The notes: generated from the sequence alone by a model not told the origin. A stretch of DNA of 64,000 bases from Eubacterium sp. (GCA_017886765.1 JAGHJI010000064.1:24-64023); one strand, 5' to 3'. Positions 29,615-38,671 are shown, numbered from the stretch's first letter. Numbers and translations are program-made.

Positions 29615-30844
29615 ATGGAAAAAGAGATATTACACATAGACTGCAATAAATTTTATGCCAGTGTTGAATGTTACCTCCACCCTGAACTGAGGGATAAGCC
29701 CGTGGCTGTGGGCGGCAGCGAACAGTCAAGGCACGGAATCATACTGACTAAAAACGAGATCGCCTCAAAATACGGACTCGTTGTGGGCGAACCGCTCTGG
29801 AAAGCAAGACAGAAATGCCCGGGGCTCATTATTGTTCCGCCCAATTTCCCGGTATACATTGAATTTTCCAAAAGAGTGAGGAATATTCTTGAGGATTATA
29901 CCGACCTTATCGAGCCTTTCGGTTTGGACGAATCCTGGATCGACGTAACCGGTGACTGGCGCAAAACAGGATATACCATTGCTCAGGAAATACGGAGAAG
30001 GGTAAAGAATGAAATCGGCATTACCGTCAGCATCGGGCTGAGCTTCAATAAAATCTTCGCAAAGCTGGGCTCAGATTACAAAAAGCCCGACGCCGTAACC
30101 GTGATAAATAAGAACAACTACAGGGATATTGTATGGAACCTGCCCTGCGGTGACCTTCTTATGATAGGCAGAGCTACCACAAAAAAACTGAACGCCTACG
30201 GTATTTACACCATTGGCGATGTGGCAAGAGCGGACGACAGATTCATGAAAAATCTGCTGGGTAAAAACGGTCAGATGCTGCAGCGATTCGCCCGGGGGCA
30301 GGATACATCGCCGGTCAGGCATATGTCCCTCTCCAGAGATATTAAAAGCATCGGCAATTCCACCACAACGCCCAGGGATCTGAAAAACGATGAAGATGTG
30401 AAAATTATTTTTACCGTGCTGGCGGAAAGCGTCTCACGGCGTATGCGAAAGCACGACCTAAAAGGCATCACGCTGGCGATTTCAGTAAGGGACTGTGAAC
30501 TGAACACCTTTACACGGCAATGTAAGATGCAGGCTCCCACAAATGTCAGCAACGAGCTTATCAAAAATGCTATGGAGCTTTTCACGGCAAACTATCACTG
30601 GGAAAAGCCTATAAGAAGTCTGGGGCTGAGCGTCACCGATTTTGAATATGACGGCAGTTTACAATATGATCTGTCCGGCTCGGTTGAAAAAAGGGAAAAG
30701 CTTGAACGCCTTGAAACAGCGGTAGACAGACTGAAGGACAGATACGGAAACTACTGCGTTCAGAAAGCTACAGCCCTCTATGATGAAAACCTTTCTCATT
30801 TCAATCCATTTGAAGAGCATACAATCCATCCGGTATGTATTTAG
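29615..30844 (+). CDS. dinB: DNA polymerase IV (Y family)
   Basis: ILHIDCNKFYASVE, FGLDESWID, AKLGSDYKKPD, IGNSTT and IMS-C little-finger region. The start is probably ATG 29615 (track start 29603). Confidence 0.93.
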   Translation: MEKEILHIDCNKFYASVECYLHPELRDKPVAVGGSEQSRHGIILTKNEIASKYGLVVGEPLWKARQKCPGLIIVPPNFPVYIEFSKRVRNILEDYTDLIEPFGLDESWIDVTGDWRKTGYTIAQEIRRRVKNEIGITVSIGLSFNKIFAKLGSDYKKPDAVTVINKNNYRDIVWNLPCGDLLMIGRATTKKLNAYGIYTIGDVARADDRFMKNLLGKNGQMLQRFARGQDTSPVRHMSLSRDIKSIGNSTTTPRDLKNDEDVKIIFTVLAESVSRRMRKHDLKGITLAISVRDCELNTFTRQCKMQAPTNVSNELIKNAMELFTANYHWEKPIRSLGLSVTDFEYDGSLQYDLSGSVEKREKLERLETAVDRLKDRYGNYCVQKATALYDENLSHFNPFEEHTIHPVCI

Positions 30845-30856
30845 CAGATAAAAATA

Positions 30857-30877
30857 TCGGGGCATTGACTGCCCCGA
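30857..30877 (+). terminator. Hairpin after dinB
   Basis: TCGGGGCA-TTGAC-TGCCCCGA; weak T tract. Confidence 0.45.
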
Positions 30878-30907
30878 ACTTAGCTAACTTATAAATTCAC
30901 CGTATTT

Positions 30908-31140
30908 TGTATTAACGCGCCCTGCGCCGCTGTGCGCGTTGTGCGCGCGGCGCAAACCAATATAAATGGGAGATTGGTAATCGCCCCTACGGTTATAACA
31001 ATGTAACGGCGGAAAAAAAGGGGTTTCCAAAGGGGAATAAGCCTGCGCCTTCCCCTTTGGTCGTTTTTTTGGTTACCGTCTTTTGCGATTCAAAAGATGG
31101 TAACATCCGCGCGTCAGCGCAAACACATTTTTAACATATT
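30908..31140. repeat. Dispersed multi-hairpin repeat R1, copy 1 (contains a GTAG-type REP on the minus strand)
   Basis: Aligns along its length with 41205-41438, apart from a ~28-nt variable block. Confidence 0.9.
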
Positions 31141-31152
31141 GAATACGCTAAG

Positions 31153-31926
31153 TCAGAATTTCCTTGCCATAAAAAACAAGCGGTTGAAGCGGAAAATCAC
31201 TTCCCCGTTTTTCTGCAGACGATATTCTTTTTTCACCTGTACAAGAATATCCTGCTCAAACTCTTTTTTCTCCGTATCATCCAGCACCTCAAGATAGGGC
31301 TTTAATCCTGTTGATCTGTACCACTCAATAATACTTTCCTGCGAGGGAAGCCGGTGAAAATAAATTGTTTTCCACATTGAAAAATCGGCGGATATATTGG
31401 AAAGCAGGTCGAAATATTCTTCCTCCGTCAAATTATTGAATTTTCTTTCGTTCTGAAATTTACCGTCCCATTTGGCGGTTTTTATAACACGGTCAACGAT
31501 ACTGTTAATGGGCATTTCAGCCTGATTGGGCACCTGTACCGCTAAAACTCCGCCGGGATTCAGAATATTCATCATATTTTTCAAAAGGCTTTTATGATTG
31601 GGAATCCACTGAATACAGGCATTGGAGAATACGATATCAAATTTCCCCTGCAATTTATCAAAATCTTTTGTTGCGTCAAAAAGGATAAAATCCATATCCG
31701 GATGATCCTTTCTCGCCTTTTCTATCATATTCGGTGAAAAATCAGCGCCGATAATATCCGCATGGGGAAAACGCTTTTTCAGAACAGACGTACTGTTACC
31801 CGGTCCGCAGCCTATGTCAATGATTCGTTTTGGGTTGTCAAGATCAATCCGGTTTGCCAAATCGACGGAAGGCTGTGTCCGCTCTTTCTTAAATTTAAGA
31901 TACTGTGTTGAATTCCAGTCGCTCAT
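31153..31926 (-). CDS. Class I SAM-dependent methyltransferase, trans-aconitate 2-methyltransferase (Tam)-like
   Basis: MSDWNSTQYLKFKKERTQPSVDL, IDIGCGPGNST, FSNACIQW and LNPGGVLAVQ. The real start is ATG 31926; the track extension to 32058 runs through repeat R2. Confidence 0.85.
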   Translation of the reverse strand: MSDWNSTQYLKFKKERTQPSVDLANRIDLDNPKRIIDIGCGPGNSTSVLKKRFPHADIIGADFSPNMIEKARKDHPDMDFILFDATKDFDKLQGKFDIVFSNACIQWIPNHKSLLKNMMNILNPGGVLAVQVPNQAEMPINSIVDRVIKTAKWDGKFQNERKFNNLTEEEYFDLLSNISADFSMWKTIYFHRLPSQESIIEWYRSTGLKPYLEVLDDTEKKEFEQDILVQVKKEYRLQKNGEVIFRFNRLFFMARKF

Positions 31927-32099
31927 ATAAATTCCCATAGCCTTTCCGGCTACAAATAGTATTATTAAAATTCCTAAACGCCCTATTGTAGCCGGATAAG
32001 GCGTATAATGGGAATTTAGCCATCTCAAAATTATGCCGCAGGCAAATTTTGAGGGCAATATAATCGCATATCGTGTGATTTTTCACACGAATACACTCC
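31927..32099 (-). repeat. Structured 173-nt leader element R2, copy 1
   Basis: Near-identical to 38316-38488; abuts the start codon. Confidence 0.9.
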
Positions 32100-32131
32100 A
32101 AAAAAATGCCGGAAACGCTGATGATTTCCGG
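32100..32131 (-). terminator. Terminator of the leu operon
   Basis: Minus strand GCCGGAAA-TCATCAGCG-TTTCCGGC followed by ATTTTTTT. Confidence 0.75.
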
Positions 32132-32143
32132 CTGTTTATCTTT

Positions 32144-33214
32144 TTATAACAAAGACGCTACCATGTCGCCCATCTGAGAGGTGCTTACCGTCTCAAGCCC
32201 CTCCTCAGCAATATCCGGTGTTCTCACTTTTGTAAGCGCCGTATCCACTGCGTTTTCTATTGCGTCAGCCGCCTGGCTTTCGCCAAGGGAATAACGCAGC
32301 ATCATGGCACCGGAAAGAATGGTGGCAAGGGGATTTGCCTTACCCTGTCCGGCAATATCCGGCGCGGAGCCGTGAATCGGTTCGTACATACCGAATGTAC
32401 CCTCTGCCAGTGAAGCGGAGGCAAGCATACCGATGGAGCCGGAGATCATAGACGCCTCGTCGGACAGAATATCACCGAAAATATTTGAGGTTACAATCGT
32501 ATCAAACTGCCCCGGATTGCGAACAAGCTGCATGGCGCAGTTATCCACATACATATAGGAAATTTCTACCTCGGGATAGTCCTGGCCCACTTCCTCCATA
32601 ACCTTTCTCCAAAGCTTTGAGGAATCCAGCACGTTTGCCTTGTCCACGCAGGTAAGCTTTTTGCCGCGTTTCATGGCGTACTCAAATCCCGCTTTCACAA
32701 TACGCTTAATCTCCGGATAGGTATAACGTTCGGTATCATACGCGCCAACGACACCATTTTCCTCATATGTTCCTCTGTCGCCGAAATAGATGCCTCCCGT
32801 AAGCTCACGGACAATCAGGATATCCAGATTGTCGCCGATAATCTCCGGTTTAAGCGGAGACGCATCTTTAAGAGGAGCAAAAATCTTTGCAGGGCGGAGA
32901 TTGGCAAACAACCCCAGAGACTCACGGATGGCCAGCAGACCCTTTTCCGGTCTGATTTCACTGGGAAGCGTATCCCACTTGGGACCGCCCACAGCGCCTA
33001 AAAGAACAGCGTCGGAAGCTTTGCATGCAAGCTCGGTCTCTTTTGGATAGGGCACTCCGGCAGCGTCAATGGCGGCGCCGCCCAAAAGCTGATAATCATA
33101 ATCAAAGGAAAAGCCGAATCGCTTCCCCGCCTTGTCAAGTATCTTAATACATTCGTCAACAATCTCAGGGCCGATTCCGTCACCCTTTAATACTGTTATA
33201 TTGTATTCTCTCAT
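32144..33214 (-). CDS. leuB: 3-isopropylmalate dehydrogenase
   Basis: [34 protein letters not shown] and [12 protein letters not shown]. Confidence 0.97.
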   Translation of the reverse strand: MREYNITVLKGDGIGPEIVDECIKILDKAGKRFGFSFDYDYQLLGGAAIDAAGVPYPKETELACKASDAVLLGAVGGPKWDTLPSEIRPEKGLLAIRESLGLFANLRPAKIFAPLKDASPLKPEIIGDNLDILIVRELTGGIYFGDRGTYEENGVVGAYDTERYTYPEIKRIVKAGFEYAMKRGKKLTCVDKANVLDSSKLWRKVMEEVGQDYPEVEISYMYVDNCAMQLVRNPGQFDTIVTSNIFGDILSDEASMISGSIGMLASASLAEGTFGMYEPIHGSAPDIAGQGKANPLATILSGAMMLRYSLGESQAADAIENAVDTALTKVRTPDIAEEGLETVSTSQMGDMVASLL

Positions 33215-33321
33215 AACATCCTCCTTTGTACAACTGGGGACTGTCCCTACTTGTACATTGTTGTAATATTTTATGGTTTTCGATTTACAGACTGTATATT
33301 TTTAGGGAAAATATTTAAACA

Positions 33322-33813
33322 TTATTCAAAATTCAGTACAGCGGCAAGGTCATCAAAAACATTATCAGCTATTTTATCCGTGGCTTTATCAACCTCATCA
33401 TCACTCATTAAATCCGTATCATACCTATATCTAATATCGACAATGCAATCCATATTATAATTGCTGTTATGATATGAAACAAGACGTACTTTGTTTATGT
33501 CTTTTGCACAATAATAATTATCATTTTCAAAATCAAAAAATGTTTTAGTCCAAGATGCATCATAATCACCGGCTGACATATAATCACCTATTCTACAGTC
33601 GGTATGTACAAAATCCTCAATAGAGCTAAACTGCATATTGCAAGAAATAATTCCGTCATGAACAGAAGAGTCACCGTCTGTCCGAATTTTTGTTAAGCGA
33701 AAGCCAATACTTTCAAGAGCTTTCACTGCGAATCTTAAGACATCATATTTATCCGAATTTTCATTTGCAATAACCTTACGGCTGTAATTTCTGCACGAAC
33801 AACAAGCTGCCAT
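33322..33813 (-). CDS. Hypothetical AT-rich acidic protein inside the leu operon
   Basis: A 163-codon ORF with GGAGG RBS and ATG at 33813 (MAACCSCRNY...); no recognisable family. Confidence 0.6.
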   Translation of the reverse strand: MAACCSCRNYSRKVIANENSDKYDVLRFAVKALESIGFRLTKIRTDGDSSVHDGIISCNMQFSSIEDFVHTDCRIGDYMSAGDYDASWTKTFFDFENDNYYCAKDINKVRLVSYHNSNYNMDCIVDIRYRYDTDLMSDDEVDKATDKIADNVFDDLAAVLNFE

Positions 33814-33833
33814 TTTTCCTAATCCTCCATTTA

Positions 33834-35570
33834 CTAACACACATCAAAAATACCCGGCATTGTATCATCACGCATTGTGTCCTCCTGGTCACGGTTGATG
33901 GCGCAGATAATTCCCTTCATGGACGCGTAACTGATATTGTGACTTACACCTATACCGAAAACATCCTTACCCTGCGGATTCTTCAGATGAATATAGCTAA
34001 TCGCCTTGGAATCACTGCCCACGGATATTGCATGCTCGCTGTAATCCACAAACTCATAATCCGTGATACCTATTGTCTGAATCGCTGAGAAGAAAGCGCC
34101 TATAGGTCCTGAGCCGGTACCCTCGATTTTAACGGGATCATTATCTTTATACTTGATCTCTCCGGTAAAGTGAACGGAGGTCAGATAATCGCCCTCATTC
34201 TTTTCCTCACTGACCTTGTAATTCAAAAGTCTGTACGGTCCGCAGACGTTTCTGTATTCCTTCTGGAACAAGTCAAAGACCTCTGAAGGATGAAGCTCCT
34301 TGCCCTTTTCGTCACAGGCTTTCTGTACCACAGCGCCGAATTCAGGATGCATGGCCTTTGGCATATTTATACCATAATCGTTTGCAAGGATATATGCCGT
34401 TCCGCCCTTTCCGCTCTGGGAATTGATGCGGATAATCGGCTCATATTCACGTCCCACATCGGCAGGGTCAATAGGAAGATAAGGTACTTCCCACATATCC
34501 GTACCGCTTTCTTTCATATACATCTTGCCTTTATTGATAGCGTCCTGATGAGAACCGGAAAACGCTGTAAATACCAGCTCGCCCGCATAGGGATGGCGAG
34601 GCGGAACTTTCATTTTCGTCGTTCTTTCATATACGTCTTTTATCTTATTAATATCATGAAAATCCAGTTTGGGGTCCACACCCTGGGTCCACATATTAAG
34701 AGCCAGCGTTACCAAATCTACATTTCCCGTTCTTTCACCGTTGCCGAAAAGCGTACCCTCAATTCTGTCCGCGCCTGCAAGAAGCGCAAGCTCGGCAGCG
34801 GCGACACCGGTGCCTCTGTCATTGTGAGGATGAAGCGAGATGATAGCGGCGTCACGGTTGGGCAAATGGCGGAAGAAATATTCAATCTGGTCCGCATAGC
34901 CGTTGGGCGTTGAGCCTTCCACAGTTGACGGAAGGTTAAGAATGATCGGGTCTTCCTTGGTGATATGGAGCGCCTCCATGACCTGACGGCAAATCTCAAC
35001 CGCGTTATCCATTTCCGTTCCGGTAAAGCTTTCAGGGCTGTACTCAAAACGGATATGCGTTTGGGGATTTGTTTTCTTCTGTTCTTCCGTCAGTTCATAA
35101 ATCAATTTTGCTCCGTTGACGGCAATATCGATTACACCCTGCATATCGGTTTTGAAAACCACCTTGCGCTGGAGAGTTGACGTTGAGTTATAAAAATGCA
35201 CGATTACATTTTTCGCGCCCTTGATAGCCTCAAATGTTTTCTTGATCAGATGCGGCCTTGCTTGAACAAGCACCTGAATCGTTACGTCATCCGGAATATA
35301 TCCGCCGTCAATCAGCGTGCGCAGAATTTCATATTCCGTCTCACTGGCAGAGGGAAATCCCACTTCAATCTCCTTAATACCGATATCCACAAGCGTTGAA
35401 AAAAGCTCCAGCTTCTCCTGCAGATTCATCGGGTCAACAAGCGCCTGATTACCGTCGCGCAAGTCAACCGAGCACCATATCGGCGCCTTTGTAATGGTTT
35501 TGTCCGGCCAGGTACGGTCCGGAATGTTTATCGGTTTGAAACCGACGTACTTTTCATACCCTTTTTTCAT
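33834..35570 (-). CDS. leuA: 2-isopropylmalate synthase (long, yeast/actinobacterial-type LeuA)
   Basis: WCSVDLRDGNQAL, FEYSPESF, SLHPHNDRG, GNGERTGNVD and RINSQSGKGG; AAAGGAG RBS before ATG 35570. Confidence 0.96.
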   Translation of the reverse strand: MKKGYEKYVGFKPINIPDRTWPDKTITKAPIWCSVDLRDGNQALVDPMNLQEKLELFSTLVDIGIKEIEVGFPSASETEYEILRTLIDGGYIPDDVTIQVLVQARPHLIKKTFEAIKGAKNVIVHFYNSTSTLQRKVVFKTDMQGVIDIAVNGAKLIYELTEEQKKTNPQTHIRFEYSPESFTGTEMDNAVEICRQVMEALHITKEDPIILNLPSTVEGSTPNGYADQIEYFFRHLPNRDAAIISLHPHNDRGTGVAAAELALLAGADRIEGTLFGNGERTGNVDLVTLALNMWTQGVDPKLDFHDINKIKDVYERTTKMKVPPRHPYAGELVFTAFSGSHQDAINKGKMYMKESGTDMWEVPYLPIDPADVGREYEPIIRINSQSGKGGTAYILANDYGINMPKAMHPEFGAVVQKACDEKGKELHPSEVFDLFQKEYRNVCGPYRLLNYKVSEEKNEGDYLTSVHFTGEIKYKDNDPVKIEGTGSGPIGAFFSAIQTIGITDYEFVDYSEHAISVGSDSKAISYIHLKNPQGKDVFGIGVSHNISYASMKGIICAINRDQEDTMRDDTMPGIFDVC

Positions 35571-35604
35571 AATAATCAATCTCCTTTCCATTTTGTACAG
35601 GAGT

Positions 35605-35860
35605 AAAAAATAAGCCCCTATACATCAAAATAGTATAGGGACGTAATTCTCTACGTGGTACCACCCTATTTCAGCAGACGAATCTGCCCTTTAGCATCCA
35701 ACAATGCCTTTGCCGATAACGCAGCAACACGGCTGTTCCTATTCATTTCTATTCAGAACAGCAACTCCGCAGAGAGCTATACACTTGATAATACGTATTG
35801 ACTCGCACCTGCCGTCAACTCTCTTAAACTGAATTATAAAGTCTTTTTCTGCTTCATCGT
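35605..35860 (-). promoter_or_regulatory. T-box riboswitch (probably leucine, CUC specifier)
   Basis: Minus strand: AGAGAG and GGTGCGAG stem I motifs, candidate CTC specifier at 35774-35776, T-box AATAGGGTGGTACCACG (35654-35670), terminator CCCTATAC...GTATAGGG plus T tract. Confidence 0.9.
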
Positions 35861-35891
35861 TTTTATTCGGGTACTATTAAATTGTATAATC

Positions 35892-35919
35892 ATTATACCA
35901 AATATAAATGATTTGTCAA
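35892..35919 (-). promoter_or_regulatory. SigA promoter of the leu leader
   Basis: TTGACA-16 nt-TATAAT with TGn extension. Confidence 0.75.
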
Positions 35920-35931
35920 GTAAATTATTAT

Positions 35932-36576
35932 TTATAGCAAGGAATAACCGTATCCGTTGGCAATAGCGTCCACCTTTTCCCCTGCTTTGCAGTGCGGGCA
36001 GTCATGCGGCGCGTACGCCTTATAACCCGGTACATCTTCCTTTGAGAATATGGTATTGATCTCAACGCCGTCGATATTGTTAATTGCGGAAAATATTGCC
36101 GTGACGCCGGCGACCCTGCCGCCGTAATACGCAACGCTTTCCATAGCTCTTTCCACTGTTTTTCCGCTGGTGATACAGGAAATAAGAACAAGTACATTCT
36201 TGCCGTTAATCAGCTTTTTCAGATTGTCACGGAAAATAATATTTCCTGCCGCGTCATATTCCGGACCGAGCACATAAACATTGTTATCCGGATTTGGATT
36301 AAACATAGTGGGGCGTGAAAGCTCGTGAGCAAGATACGCGCCCAGCGCCTGCGTTTCGTAAAGGCACAGCACCGTGTCAACATGAATGCTTCTCTCCACA
36401 TAATACTGCGCCATGAGCATGGCGGCGTCAACGGACACATTATGATTATGCTTAACATCAGATGTGCCGATATAATAATTCATATGTGACGATGCCGAAA
36501 TATAATGACCCGGCATTGCGTGGATAAATACTCTCTCATCCCTGTGGGAGGTTATTGTATAAACAGGTTTATCCAT
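35932..36576 (-). CDS. Phosphoribosyltransferase-family protein (orotate PRTase-like)
   Basis: GHYISASSHMNYY and a degenerate PRPP-binding loop VLVLISCITSGKTV; C-terminal CPHC. Confidence 0.7.
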   Translation of the reverse strand: MDKPVYTITSHRDERVFIHAMPGHYISASSHMNYYIGTSDVKHNHNVSVDAAMLMAQYYVERSIHVDTVLCLYETQALGAYLAHELSRPTMFNPNPDNNVYVLGPEYDAAGNIIFRDNLKKLINGKNVLVLISCITSGKTVERAMESVAYYGGRVAGVTAIFSAINNIDGVEINTIFSKEDVPGYKAYAPHDCPHCKAGEKVDAIANGYGYSLL

Positions 36577-36688
36577 AACAGCAGCTCCTTAGCTTTCTTT
36601 ATTATATTAATTTTACCTTAGAAATGATATTTTTTCAACCGAGCCGGATATAAAAAATATGGGCAATAATTTGTGAAAAATAAACAAT

Positions 36689-36721
36689 AACAGCCGTTTC
36701 AGATTTCATGAAACGGCTGTT
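36689..36721 (-). terminator. Terminator-like hairpin after GH43
   Basis: AACAGCCGTTTCA...TGAAACGGCTGTT. Confidence 0.65.
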
Positions 36722-36741
36722 GATATAGCATATCACAAAAT

Positions 36742-37683
36742 TTATACTCTGTCCCTGTATCTCTCTGCGGTTATGATTCCGTCATTTACATTGAATTTAC
36801 AGATGCGGGCGTTACGTCTGTCACCCGGCAAGCCGTCATCCTCCACATCTCTCGCATGGTAAACAGCGTACCACTGACCCTTGTACTTAATCATGGAATG
36901 ATGGCCGGTGCCCTCTTCAAACTCATTTGCCCTGAGTACAGGCGCATAGGTCTTGTCATCGGGGTATTTTTCAAACTTTATTTTTGTAAGATCGGTTTCA
37001 TCTGTTTTTGCCCTTGCGTAGCCTATATAATACGTAGGCTGCTGATAACAGTTGCCGGAATACATAAGATAATGCCAGTCGCCTTCTCTGAAATAGAAGG
37101 CGCCCTCAATCGTATGCCAGTCAACGCCCTTTTTATATCTGTCTTTCATATAGACATCCTCGTCAAGCGTGGGGACTACCAGCGTAACGGGTTTGCCTTG
37201 TACCGTATACGGGTCAAGCAGTCTGTCAACGACGATATATGTACCGGGTCTGTCGCCGTCAAAACGGTTTGTGGAATAGAAAATGAAAAGACCGTTATCA
37301 TTTTTCACAACATGGGAATCAATAGAAAACGGGTGAAGAAGCTGTTTGGGGTTTTCAAAGGGACCCAACGGGCTTTTACTGCTTGATACGTGCATAGTCT
37401 GCCTGTGTCCGCCGTCATCAGGTGTATCGCCGTAAAATTCAAAGGAACAGTACATATAATACGTTCCGTCAATCTCAATAACGGACGGCGCCCAGAACTC
37501 CTCCACATCTGGATAGGTAAACACTTTACCGTAAAACGCCCAGTCGCCGAAAAGGTCGTCGGCATAATAGGCGTAAATACCGTCGTCACCGGTGGTGTAA
37601 ATATAAAATCTGCCGTTGCTTTCCATAATAAAAGGATCCGCCTGACCGATATAATTTTTCCGGTCGATTTTTAAAAGCTGCAT
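36742..37683 (-). CDS. Glycoside hydrolase family 43, intracellular
   Basis: QADPF (base), FWAPSV, SIDSH (pKa modulator), TIEGA (acid) and GTGHHS beta-propeller motifs. Confidence 0.88.
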   Translation of the reverse strand: MQLLKIDRKNYIGQADPFIMESNGRFYIYTTGDDGIYAYYADDLFGDWAFYGKVFTYPDVEEFWAPSVIEIDGTYYMYCSFEFYGDTPDDGGHRQTMHVSSSKSPLGPFENPKQLLHPFSIDSHVVKNDNGLFIFYSTNRFDGDRPGTYIVVDRLLDPYTVQGKPVTLVVPTLDEDVYMKDRYKKGVDWHTIEGAFYFREGDWHYLMYSGNCYQQPTYYIGYARAKTDETDLTKIKFEKYPDDKTYAPVLRANEFEEGTGHHSMIKYKGQWYAVYHARDVEDDGLPGDRRNARICKFNVNDGIITAERYRDRV

Positions 37684-37784
37684 AATCCGCTCCTGTATTC
37701 AATAGGTTTTGCGGCAGTATTATACAATACGCAGACCATCATTACAAGATAAAACGTAAAAAATTTTATGAATTTTTTCAGCCG

Positions 37785-38315
37785 TTATTTTACAAACCTT
37801 TTCAACCGGTTCACAAGCACTGCCGCAAGGACGATTTTGACCGCGTCAGGCAGAAGAAACGGGATAACGCAGGTGGAAAGCGCCGATACAAAAGAGACCT
37901 TATAAGCGATGACAAACCACACGGTGCCGAACAGATAACATACCAAAATACCTATAACCATAAAGACAACATTCTGCCAGATCTTTCTACCGACTTTTTC
38001 AACCGCAAAGCCCACAATCAAAGCCGTGAAAATGAAACCCACGATATAGCCGCCGGTAGGTCCTGTTACCGCGGCAAGTCCGCTGTTAAAGCCCGTAAAT
38101 ACAGGCAGCCCGATTATGCCCAAAAGTATATAAACTATCGTTGTAAGCGTTGCCCGTTTCCATCCTAAAAGGCCTGCTGTAAGGCAGACAGCAAAAGTCT
38201 GCAGCGTTACCGAAACGGTCAGCGGTATGGCAATCCATGCGCAGACGGCGATAAGCGCCGCAAACAGTCCTATGTAAACCAGATCAATCGTTTTAAATGT
38301 TCTTCTTTCACGCAT
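37785..38315 (-). CDS. bioY: Biotin ECF S-component BioY
   Basis: VTLQTFAV, YILLGIIGLPVF, GPTGGYIVGF and PFLLPDAVK; real ATG at 38315; BirA-like operator upstream. Confidence 0.93.
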   Translation of the reverse strand: MRERRTFKTIDLVYIGLFAALIAVCAWIAIPLTVSVTLQTFAVCLTAGLLGWKRATLTTIVYILLGIIGLPVFTGFNSGLAAVTGPTGGYIVGFIFTALIVGFAVEKVGRKIWQNVVFMVIGILVCYLFGTVWFVIAYKVSFVSALSTCVIPFLLPDAVKIVLAAVLVNRLKRFVK

Positions 38316-38488
38316 AATAATTCCCATAGCCTTTCCGGCTACAAATAATTTATTAAAAAATTCCTAACGCCCTATTGTAGCCGGATAAGGCGTATAATGG
38401 GAATTTAGACATCTCAAAATTATGCCACAGGCAAATTTTGAGGTCATTACAATCGAATATAGTGTAAATTTTCACACTATATTCCTCC
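38316..38488 (-). repeat. Structured 173-nt leader element R2, copy 2
   Basis: Near-identical to 31927-32099; lies between the bioY promoter and the bioY ATG. Confidence 0.9.
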
Positions 38489-38503
38489 GTTTTTCTTACG
38501 GAA

Positions 38504-38532
38504 ATTATGGCACCGATTGTTCAGATTGTCAA
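38504..38532 (-). promoter_or_regulatory. SigA promoter of bioY
   Basis: TTGACA-17 nt-CATAAT on the minus strand. Confidence 0.75.
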
Positions 38533-38557
38533 CTTTATTCTAATTACAGGTTTACAA
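38526..38557. promoter_or_regulatory. BirA operator
   Basis: TTGTCAAC-N16-GTTTACAA, matching the Firmicute BirA split palindrome and overlapping the -35. Confidence 0.78.
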
Positions 38558-38671
38558 TTTGATTTTTGTAAATTTTCAGTATTTTTGTTGAATAAAGTTG
38601 AATAATAGGATTTTTTAATATATAATAGAGAAAGTATTGTAAAATATATTTTAGACAAACAGGTGGTAAAG

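Noticed and set aside
31927-32099. R2 as a SAM-III (SMK) or other known riboswitch
   Set aside because: It shares UUCCC...UUGUA.CCG..AAGG...GGGAA superficially, but lacks the UUCCCGAAAGG junction, and the GCUACAA arm lies 3' rather than 5' of UUCCC. No SAM-I, cobalamin, c-di-GMP, THF, ZTP or purine consensus was found by eye.
31895-32101. Leader peptide encoded within R2 (GTG AAA... frame, 68-aa ORF in the track)
   Set aside because: Differences between the two copies are almost all non-synonymous and the stop positions differ, so there is no sign of selection on a peptide.
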